DNA of 64,000 nucleotides from Candidatus Latescibacterota bacterium (GTDB lineage Bacteria; Latescibacterota; UBA2968; UBA8231), in the NCBI GenBank assembly GCA_965248355.1, contig OZ252098.1, forward strand, positions 352,001-416,000, given 5' to 3'. Below the pieces are notes generated by a model. The model did no database searches and had not been told where the DNA came from. It was given only the letters and a program-made list of their open reading frames with translations. The position numbers and the translations under genes are program-made. Positions 1 through 7,545 of the stretch are shown in pieces (positions within the stretch are counted from its first letter, which is position 1; every line of letters begins with the position of its first letter).

Positions 1-621
1 CACGGAAGCGCCGGCGCGGTCGGCCACGTCGGCGGTGCCGGTGCAGTCCACGGCGACCCGGGAGCGGATGGCCAAGGTGCCCGACTTGTTCTCCACCAGG
101 ATGCCGGTGAGCCGGTCCTCCTCCTTCACCACGTCGACGACGGAACTGAAGAGGAGGATGCCCACGCCCGCCTCCTCGAGCATCCGGGTGGCCACGTAGG
201 GCACGGTCTTGCTGTCCCGGAGGTAGTCGGAGCCGACGCGCCGCCCCTCGTGGTGGACGACCCGTTCGTTGAACTCCTGGGGGATGCCGCCGAGGCCGTC
301 GGGAAAGGCCTCGGGGTTCTTCAGGGCCAGGTGCAGGGATCCGCCGGCGAACATGCCGGGACCCATGTTGCCGCCCAGACTTCCGAAGGGCTCCACCACC
401 AGGGTCCGGACGCCCAGCCGGCCCGCGGCCAGGGCGGCGATGATCCCGGTGATGCCGCCGCCGGCGACGAGGACATCGACCTCCTCGACCACGGGGATCC
501 GCTTCGCGGGACGGTCCACGTGGCCCTTGACGTCCCACAGGTCCGCCCCCCGGCGCCAGAGCGCGGCCGGAGCCGAGCTCTCGTCGGCGGTGTTCGCGGG
601 GGCGGCTCCCTGGCTGTCCAT
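1..621 (-). CDS. FAD-dependent oxidoreductase (PF12831-like), 3' end beyond window
   Basis: Hand translation from ATG at 621: MDSQGAAP...EEVDVLVAGGGITGIIAALAAGRLGVRTLVVEPFGSLGG...VAVDCTGTADVA. Rossmann GxGxxG and DCTG motifs are present. Absent from the ORF track because it has no stop in the window. Confidence 0.85.
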   Translation of the reverse strand, partial: MDSQGAAPANTADESSAPAALWRRGADLWDVKGHVDRPAKRIPVVEEVDVLVAGGGITGIIAALAAGRLGVRTLVVEPFGSLGGNMGPGMFAGGSLHLALKNPEAFPDGLGGIPQEFNERVVHHEGRRVGSDYLRDSKTVPYVATRMLEEAGVGILLFSSVVDVVKEEDRLTGILVENKSGTLAIRSRVAVDCTGTADVADRAGASV

Positions 622-663
622 CGAGTCGATTTCCCTTCGGGGCGGTCGTCAGATCCTGGGGCA

Positions 664-700
664 AGAAAAGGGAGGCAGGCCGCGCGGGGGCCTGCCTCCC
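664..700 (-). terminator. Intrinsic terminator downstream of paralog A
   Basis: GGGAGGCAGGCC/GGCCTGCCTCCC hairpin followed by TTTTCTT on the minus strand. Confidence 0.8.
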
Positions 701-737
701 TGAGAACCGTTGACCAGCGGCGGTGGTGCAGCCGCTC

Positions 738-1670
738 TTACTGCTGGAAGCTGGCCTTGACCTGACCCCAGCTGTTGGACTCGACGGCGGTGATCAAAGC
801 TGGATCCACCGGCAGCAGGAGCCAGTCGCTGACGACGTCGCTGTCAGCGTACCACCTCGCGCCGCCGGGACCGCCCGACCGCCAGACCGAATTGTGGCCC
901 GCTTCGTTGGAGACCCCGTCGATGTCGCAGAAGGCGATCCCCATTCCAATGATCTGGCCTTCCGACAAGGGGGCGACCACGCTCTCCTCGGGCGACAGGT
1001 GAACCAGGTTGTTGAAGTAGACGGACCACCACTCCGAGATCAGACTCACATCGGTGCCGCCGTGCTCACCGTCTATGTCGTAGGAGTCGGGGCAGCAGGC
1101 ATAGGGCGGCTTGTCGTGCCAGGTGGCGGCGCTCACCCACATCCAGCTCCAGGCGTTGTTACCTTCTCCGATGGGCGGCCAGCGCCAGTGGGCGATCTGG
1201 GCAGACCTGGCTTGCGTCTCTTCGTCGCCGGTGACCATGACGCCACCGCTGTGGTCGGCGTCGACGTGGATCTCGATGCTGTCGTCGCCGCCGCACGCGC
1301 CGGGCGGCTCCGCCACGTCGCGGTCCCACGAGTCGTCGAAGCGATCCTGCGCAAAGTACATGCGGTCGAACTCGTCGTTCCAGGCGACGGCCATGCGGAT
1401 GGTGAGGTCTGAGGCCTCATTATCGGTGCCGTCCATGCCCTTGTGATCGCCCGCCACGGCGTGGAACAGGGCGTTGCCGTCGTTGTCCAGGGTGGACATG
1501 GTGAGCCAGAGGTACTCGGGTATGACCTCCCACTCGCTGATGTCGCCGTCCATGACGGGCAGGGCATTCGAAGGCCACTGCCAGACCCCGAGGACGGTGC
1601 CCGGGGGCACGTGGGCCTGCGCCGAGCCGAAGGCCAGCAGCAGAACCGCCATGGTAAGGAATTTTCTCAT
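738..1670 (-). CDS. Exported CBM9/DOMON-like protein, paralog A, with C-terminal AVESNSWGQVKASFQQ tail
   Basis: Signal peptide MRKFLTMAVLLLAFGSAQA. GGAGA RBS spacing favours ATG 1670 over 1676. PxxDGDISEW, DDSIEIHVDAD and IGMxxxxCDxD motifs resemble CBM9-like sugar-binding folds. Confidence 0.65.
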   Translation of the reverse strand: MRKFLTMAVLLLAFGSAQAHVPPGTVLGVWQWPSNALPVMDGDISEWEVIPEYLWLTMSTLDNDGNALFHAVAGDHKGMDGTDNEASDLTIRMAVAWNDEFDRMYFAQDRFDDSWDRDVAEPPGACGGDDSIEIHVDADHSGGVMVTGDEETQARSAQIAHWRWPPIGEGNNAWSWMWVSAATWHDKPPYACCPDSYDIDGEHGGTDVSLISEWWSVYFNNLVHLSPEESVVAPLSEGQIIGMGIAFCDIDGVSNEAGHNSVWRSGGPGGARWYADSDVVSDWLLLPVDPALITAVESNSWGQVKASFQQ

Positions 1671-1744
1671 GGTCATGTCTCCAATCGCATGATGAAAGGG
1701 TGGACGATCGGGGCCGAATACCTCGATCCTGAGAGGTTGCGTGT

Positions 1745-1773
1745 ATACTACCACGAAAACCCCGCAGAATCAA
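1745..1773 (-). promoter_or_regulatory. Sigma70-type promoter for paralog A
   Basis: TTGATT-N17-TAGTAT, with TG of an extended -10. Confidence 0.6.
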
Positions 1774-1794
1774 CGCATTCCCTACTGAGGCAGC

Positions 1795-1828
1795 AAAAAG
1801 GGAGGCAGGCCGCGGGGGCCTGCCTCCC
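1795..1828 (-). terminator. Intrinsic terminator downstream of paralog B
   Basis: Near-identical copy of the 664-700 hairpin followed by TTTTT on the minus strand. Confidence 0.8.
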
Positions 1829-1864
1829 CAAAAACCGTACCAGCGGCGCGGACCTGCAGCCGCT

Positions 1865-2797
1865 CTACTGCTGGAAGCTGGCCTTGACCTGGCCCCAGCT
1901 GTTGGACTCGACGGCGCTATCAAAATCTGGATCCACCGGCAGCAGGAGCCAGTCGCCGAGGACGTCGCTGTCAGCGTAATACCTCGCCGCACCGTCACCG
2001 CCCGACACCCAGACCGTATTGGGGCCGTCTTGGGCGGCCCCGTCGATGTCGCAAAGGGCGAGGGTCATGCCGATGATCTGGCCCTCCGAAAGGGGGGCGA
2101 CCACGCTCTCCTCGGGCGACAGGTGAACCAGGTTGTTGAAGTAGACGGTCCACCACTCGGAGATCAGCGTCACATCGGTGTCGCCGTGCCCACCGTCGAT
2201 GTCGAAGGCGGTGGGGCAGCAGGCATAGGGCTCCTTGTCGTGCCAGGTGGCGGCGCTCACCCACATCCAGCTCCAGGCGTTGTTCCCTTCTCCGATGGGC
2301 GGCCAGCGCCAGTGGGCGATCTGGGCCGACCTGGCTTGCGTCTCTTCGTCGCCGGTGACCATGACACCACCGGTGTGGTCGGCGTCGACATGGATCTCGA
2401 TGCTGTCGTCGCCGCCGCACTCGCCGGGCGGCTCCGCCACGTCGCGGTCGTACACGTCGTCGAAGCGCTCCTGGGCGAAGTACATGCGGTCGAACTCGTC
2501 GTTCCAGGCGACGGCGACGCGGATGGTGAGGTCGGAGGCGTCACCCTCGGGGCCGGACATGCCCTTGTCATTGCCATGGACGCCGGTGAACAGGGGGTTG
2601 CCGTCGTTGTCCAGGGTGGTGGACGGATCGAGCCACAGGTAATCGGGGATGACCTCCCACTCGCTGATGTCGCCGTCCAACTCGGGCAGGGCGTTCGAAG
2701 GCCACTGCCAAACTCCCAGGACGTTGCCCGGGGGCAGGTGGGCCTGCGCCGAGCCGAAGCCCAGCAGCAGAACCGCCATGGTGAGGGTTTTTCTCAT
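1865..2797 (-). CDS. Exported CBM9/DOMON-like protein, paralog B, same C-terminal tail
   Basis: Colinear and highly similar to 738-1670. Signal peptide MRKTLTMAVLLLGFGSAQA; alternative start 2803. Confidence 0.65.
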   Translation of the reverse strand: MRKTLTMAVLLLGFGSAQAHLPPGNVLGVWQWPSNALPELDGDISEWEVIPDYLWLDPSTTLDNDGNPLFTGVHGNDKGMSGPEGDASDLTIRVAVAWNDEFDRMYFAQERFDDVYDRDVAEPPGECGGDDSIEIHVDADHTGGVMVTGDEETQARSAQIAHWRWPPIGEGNNAWSWMWVSAATWHDKEPYACCPTAFDIDGGHGDTDVTLISEWWTVYFNNLVHLSPEESVVAPLSEGQIIGMTLALCDIDGAAQDGPNTVWVSGGDGAARYYADSDVLGDWLLLPVDPDFDSAVESNSWGQVKASFQQ

Positions 2798-2884
2798 GGT
2801 CATATCTCCAATCGCATGATGGAAGGGTGAAGGTCGAGGGCGGGATACCCTCGGTCTTGAGCGTGCTTGACGGTCAACAGCCGA

Positions 2885-2913
2885 ATATTACGCAAGAGAA
2901 ACCGGAAAATCAA
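2885..2913 (-). promoter_or_regulatory. Sigma70-type promoter for paralog B
   Basis: TTGATT-N17-TAATAT at the equivalent position to paralog A's promoter. Confidence 0.6.
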
Positions 2914-2924
2914 CCACTTTGAGA

Positions 2925-5582
2925 TCAGTAGGACACGGCCAGGGTCCGCACTGCCTCGCGGCCCTCCAGGCGGCGCCCGCCGTCGTCGGTGTCGACCCGC
3001 AGGCGCACGAGGTAGATCCCCGGGGGCACGAGGAGCCCGTTGGCGTCGAGGCCGTCCCAGGCGATCTCGTAGAGGCCGGTGCCCGCGGACCCGTGCTCGA
3101 CGACCCGGCGAACGATCCGGCCGCCGAGGTCGTGGACCCGCAGCTCCACGGGACTGCCGTCGGCGACGCGGACGACGTTGAGCGAGAACAGGGCCTCGTC
3201 GTTGATCCCGTCGCCGTTGGGCGTGATGACCGGGGAGCTCAGGTCCACACCGGCAAGCAGGCTTCCGCCGGTGGCCTCGCCGATAAGGGTGATGGCTTCG
3301 CTGTCGACGCTGGCGAGGGCGTCGCCGGGATCGACCCGCTGCCAGGCGTCCTCACCGTCCCGGGTCCGCTTGACCGCGGCCTGCAGTTGGGCGCCGTTGG
3401 TGAACAGGGCGGTTCGGAAGTCGAGGCGCAACACCTCGATCCCACGGGGCTCCACGATGGGGAAGGAGAGGCGCAGGCTGTCGGGACCGGTCGGCATGAC
3501 CTCCAAGTCCTCCACCAGGGTACCGCCCCCGCCGTCGAACTCCTCGGCCGTCCCGGCGTAGAGCCCGGCGAATTCCAGGGACATGTCGGGGGGCGTCCTG
3601 AGCAGCAGTTCGTCGAAGCCCGGGTCCCGATTGTCGAACTCGGGCCGCAGGAAGAGGGAGAAGTCCCGCGGCACCCCCAGCGAGTCGACCCGGGTGGGGG
3701 TCACCTCCGCGAGGAGCCCCTGGGCGACGGGGTTGCTGAAGCGCAGCCGGAGGGAGCGAAGCGTAGGGTGCAGATCGGGGTCGTCCGAGACCAGGGTCGC
3801 GGCGATATTGAGGAACTCCCTCGGGGAGGGAGAGAGGAAGGGACTACCCGAGGCGTCCTCATAGGGCTGGCTCCAGCCGCTCCAGTCGTCTCCTTCTACC
3901 ATCTCGGCGACGATGGGGCCCTTCAAGGAGGGCAGCAGGGACGGATTGTTGTAGGCCTTCTCGCTGATCTCCGTGCCGTCGGCCTTGTAGTAGTGGAGGA
4001 CCTCCCGCAGCTCGTTGCCGGCGCGGGTCTGGATCGAGATCCTGGTCCCCGGCGGGGTGTCCGCCTCCCAGGACATGCTCAGAAGGTTGCGCCGGACTCC
4101 GAGCTCGACCAGGCCCGACTCCATGCGGACCTCGGCGATGTATCCGCGGCCGTAGAGGTAGATCTCCCCTGGCGCGGCGGTGTGAGGTTGCTCTTGGGTG
4201 AAGCCCAGATCGAAGACGAGGCGGAAGAACCGGGTCTTCACGAGGTCGAAGTCGTGAACCTCGAAGTCCTTGCGCATAAACTTCTGTATGCGGCGGGCCA
4301 CGGTCTTGAACTTCAGGGTACCGTCGGGGTTCAGGGATCCGTCGGAGGCCTCGAGATCGTAGGAGTTGAAGCTCCTTCTCTCGCGGTTCGTGACGCCGCC
4401 GTACATCAGCCGGTAGGCGTCGAGCCAGAAGGTGGCCCCCAGGTCGAAGAGGACGTACCCTTCGTTGCCCATGTTGACCTCGGTGAAGGAGCCCACGAGG
4501 CCGTCCACCAGCCTGCCGTAGTTCAGGTTCGCGTTGCCGCTGATTTGCCCGCCGCGCTTGTAGATGGCGGGCATGACGTTGTCCCCCTCGGTCCACACCT
4601 CGATGTCGGCCAGGCGGGGCCGCTCCTTGCGGTAGTGGAGGATCTCTCCCTGCTGTCCGGCGGGCAGACGCAGGTAGTCGGCCTCGCTCAACTCGGTGAG
4701 CCGGCCGTCCCGCTGCAGCTTGTGGTGGACGACGGCGCCCTTGTCGTCCTCGGGCAGGGCGGCGTAGGCCTCGGGGCTGACCAGCCGGCCGCGGTCGAAG
4801 TCGCTGTCGCGGACGACCACCATCACGTATCGCAGCGAGGCGCCCTTGAGCCCCCTGGGGGCCTGCACGCTTTGGTTACGGTCGACGGTGGATGGCGGCA
4901 GGATGGCGGCCAGCGGCGCCTCGCCGACGATGGAATCGGTGTATACGTCCTCGAAGGTGAGGTCCAGCACCCGGACGTCCTTGTTGGGCCTCAACGTTCG
5001 GTACACCGTCGCGAAGAACGGGTGTTTCGAAGCGGCGGCGGACGGCGGACGCTCGCCGTTGGAGACGAGGACGTCGAACTGAAGGAACGGGTCGCCCAGC
5101 TCCTCCTCCGCGAACCGGAGCACCAGCCTCTTGGCGATGACGTTCCGTCCCAGGTCGACCATGAGCCACCAGCGCGCGCCGAGCTCGACGGGTGGGGCGT
5201 CGGTCAGGTCGGGCTCCCAGTATGTCGTCGGGTCCCCGTCGAGGACGTTGACCACGTCACGGGGGTTGGAGCCGGCCTGCACGGCGTCGGCGAGGGTGAT
5301 ATCCTCGGGCTCCTTGTTCTTGAGGTGCGACGGGGGATGGAGGCGCAGGTAGCGGACGATCTCGGGGACGGCGTTGATGTCCTTGCGCAGGGCGAGGGGC
5401 CGCACCTCCCCCGAAGGGGAGAGCTCGACGGTCTCCTCGGGAAAGATCCAGTTCTGCCAGAGGCTGCGGCGGTCGACGACGAGCTCGTCGCCGGCGATCC
5501 GGTACGCCCGGCCCTGGGCCGTCAGGCCCGTGGCGGCAGCCAGGACCAGAAGGGCGGTGCGGAAGCTGATGATCCGTGTCAT
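2925..5582 (-). CDS. Large exported protein with discoidin-like N-terminal region and C-terminal FlgD-type Ig domain
   Basis: Signal peptide; VLDGDPTTYW motif; SPVITPNGDGINDE...WDGLDANGLLVPPGIYLVRL; AGGAGG RBS. Confidence 0.75.
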   Translation of the reverse strand: MTRIISFRTALLVLAAATGLTAQGRAYRIAGDELVVDRRSLWQNWIFPEETVELSPSGEVRPLALRKDINAVPEIVRYLRLHPPSHLKNKEPEDITLADAVQAGSNPRDVVNVLDGDPTTYWEPDLTDAPPVELGARWWLMVDLGRNVIAKRLVLRFAEEELGDPFLQFDVLVSNGERPPSAAASKHPFFATVYRTLRPNKDVRVLDLTFEDVYTDSIVGEAPLAAILPPSTVDRNQSVQAPRGLKGASLRYVMVVVRDSDFDRGRLVSPEAYAALPEDDKGAVVHHKLQRDGRLTELSEADYLRLPAGQQGEILHYRKERPRLADIEVWTEGDNVMPAIYKRGGQISGNANLNYGRLVDGLVGSFTEVNMGNEGYVLFDLGATFWLDAYRLMYGGVTNRERRSFNSYDLEASDGSLNPDGTLKFKTVARRIQKFMRKDFEVHDFDLVKTRFFRLVFDLGFTQEQPHTAAPGEIYLYGRGYIAEVRMESGLVELGVRRNLLSMSWEADTPPGTRISIQTRAGNELREVLHYYKADGTEISEKAYNNPSLLPSLKGPIVAEMVEGDDWSGWSQPYEDASGSPFLSPSPREFLNIAATLVSDDPDLHPTLRSLRLRFSNPVAQGLLAEVTPTRVDSLGVPRDFSLFLRPEFDNRDPGFDELLLRTPPDMSLEFAGLYAGTAEEFDGGGGTLVEDLEVMPTGPDSLRLSFPIVEPRGIEVLRLDFRTALFTNGAQLQAAVKRTRDGEDAWQRVDPGDALASVDSEAITLIGEATGGSLLAGVDLSSPVITPNGDGINDEALFSLNVVRVADGSPVELRVHDLGGRIVRRVVEHGSAGTGLYEIAWDGLDANGLLVPPGIYLVRLRVDTDDGGRRLEGREAVRTLAVSY

Positions 5583-5615
5583 GTGCGGACCTCCTGTCAG
5601 CTATCTGGGCATCTA

Positions 5616-7535
5616 CTAGTAGACGAGGGAGACGACCCGTTCCTTGGACCTGATTCCGAGGTCCGACTCGACCTCGACCCGCAGGATGTAGATCCCCGGC
5701 CCGAGGAGGCGTCCCCCGCCGTCGCGGCCGTCCCACTCCGCGCGGAACCGGCCGCTGCCGGCCGGTCCGCGGAAGACCTCCTCCACGGGCGAGCCCCGCA
5801 GATCGTAGAGGACGACGGCCACCTCGGCGTCACCCTCCACGTTCACCAGTTCGTACTCGAGACTCACCCGGTCGTTGATGCCGTCTCCGTTGGGGCTGAA
5901 GACCGGCGGCTCGACGGTGAGGGCATTGACCGTCCGCCGGCCCACCTCCGCCAGGCCGACGCTCAGGGTGTTGCTGTCGACGATCGGGTCCGCCTCGCCG
6001 GGGGAGACCACCTGCGCCACCTCCTCCGGACGCTGGCTGTCCATGACCCGGCCGGAAAAGACGGTGCCGAACCGGAAGATCCGGGAGCGGAAGTCGATCT
6101 CGATGAGCTCGCCGTCGCGGCTCTCGTCGACCCGGGGGATGGCGAGCTCGAAGCCCGACTCGTCGAGGCGAAGAACCTCGTAGGCCACGGGCTGGCCGTT
6201 GAAGCGCACGCCGTCGATGCCGGCCACGGTGGTGGGCGTGTCGATGAGGATGCGGTCGAACCCGAAGTTCCCGGAGCGCATGACAGGCGTCATCAGGTAG
6301 GTGAAGGGCGTCACCTCGTCGACGGAGGCCATGGTCGGGGTGATCTCCCCGAAGACCACGGTGGCCGGCGGCGGCCGGGAGACGGCGAACTGCAGGTACT
6401 GGAGGCGGGAGCCGGCGTCGACGGTGGAGTTGAAATCGGCGCGCACCTGGAGGTACCGGCGGGGCCGTGAGGCCTGGAAAGGCACGGTCCCTTCGGAGTG
6501 TTCGAAGGACGTGCTCCAACCGTCCCAGTTCTCGGTGTCCGGCGTGATCCCGGCCCGTTCCCGCCTGTCCAGGCTCTCGTATCCGCCCTTTGTCAGGGGC
6601 TGGCCTTGCTCGTCCAACCGGCTGGTGGACCCACTGCCGCGGAAGGTGTAACGCCAGTAGTTGTTGGGACCCGGATCGTCCCCGGCCCGCATGCGCAACT
6701 TCAGATCGGCTCCGGGGTCGACCTCGGCGGACCAACTGAGGTCCCCCAGCGCGGAGGGGCCCCCGAGGTCGATGACCTGGCTCACGTAGGCGGCCTCGGG
6801 CGTGTAGCCCCGGCCGTAGACCTCGATCTCGGCCATCTCCCAGATGCCCTGCGTGTTCTCGGCCAGCGACACGAGCAGTTCCTTCACCGGGTACTCGGGC
6901 AGGGCGGTCAGCTCGATGTGCCCCCGGGAGTTCTCGACGTCCTCGTAGACGATCTCGAACTCCCAGTTGCGGGCGCGGATGACCGGGCCGCCCCTTCTGC
7001 TGCGTTCGGCGTCGTTGAACCCGATGCGAAACCACTGCACGAAGCGGCTCGACAGGTATCGCTCGCGCGGATACATCACGATCCGCGCGATGGTGAAGGT
7101 GCCCGGGAAATCGAAGACGAGTTCCAGGAAGGGGTAGTGGTGGGCTCCGCCCCAGTGGCCGTCCCCGAGAAGCACGGTCTCGGGATCGCCGTCAAAGAGG
7201 ACGTCGTCTGCCTTGAACCCGGCCACGAAGCCGTGCGTAGCGTAGTTGAAGATGCTCCCGCCGATCTCCTCGAAGATGGGGGCCAGGTTTACCGTCGGGT
7301 CCAGCTTGTCCGGCTCCAGGGCGTCGGGCTCGAGCCCGTGCAGCAGATCGATGGCGCCGTGGTCGCTGTCGGCGGCGGCCTGCCAGTCCAGTTGCACGAA
7401 GTCGGCCCCCTCCGGCAGCTCGGGCGGAGGCAGAGTCGAGCCCCCGATGCGGTAGATGGTCAGCCCCTGGGCGGCGGTGCCAAAGCCCAGCAGCAGGGTC
7501 AGGGCCTGCGCGATGGTACGTCTCGTCCTGGTCAT
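5616..7535 (-). CDS. Exported protein with C-terminal FlgD-type Ig domain (paralog of 2925-5582)
   Basis: Signal peptide; LFDGDPET; PPVFSPNGDGINDR...WDGRDGGGRLLGPGIYILRV. Confidence 0.75.
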   Translation of the reverse strand: MTRTRRTIAQALTLLLGFGTAAQGLTIYRIGGSTLPPPELPEGADFVQLDWQAAADSDHGAIDLLHGLEPDALEPDKLDPTVNLAPIFEEIGGSIFNYATHGFVAGFKADDVLFDGDPETVLLGDGHWGGAHHYPFLELVFDFPGTFTIARIVMYPRERYLSSRFVQWFRIGFNDAERSRRGGPVIRARNWEFEIVYEDVENSRGHIELTALPEYPVKELLVSLAENTQGIWEMAEIEVYGRGYTPEAAYVSQVIDLGGPSALGDLSWSAEVDPGADLKLRMRAGDDPGPNNYWRYTFRGSGSTSRLDEQGQPLTKGGYESLDRRERAGITPDTENWDGWSTSFEHSEGTVPFQASRPRRYLQVRADFNSTVDAGSRLQYLQFAVSRPPPATVVFGEITPTMASVDEVTPFTYLMTPVMRSGNFGFDRILIDTPTTVAGIDGVRFNGQPVAYEVLRLDESGFELAIPRVDESRDGELIEIDFRSRIFRFGTVFSGRVMDSQRPEEVAQVVSPGEADPIVDSNTLSVGLAEVGRRTVNALTVEPPVFSPNGDGINDRVSLEYELVNVEGDAEVAVVLYDLRGSPVEEVFRGPAGSGRFRAEWDGRDGGGRLLGPGIYILRVEVESDLGIRSKERVVSLVY

Positions 7536-7545
7536 GATCCCCGTC

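Noticed and set aside
2919-6470. 1183 aa plus-strand ORF
   Set aside because: Antisense shadow of the FlgD-Ig genes in high-GC DNA, with no recognisable motifs.
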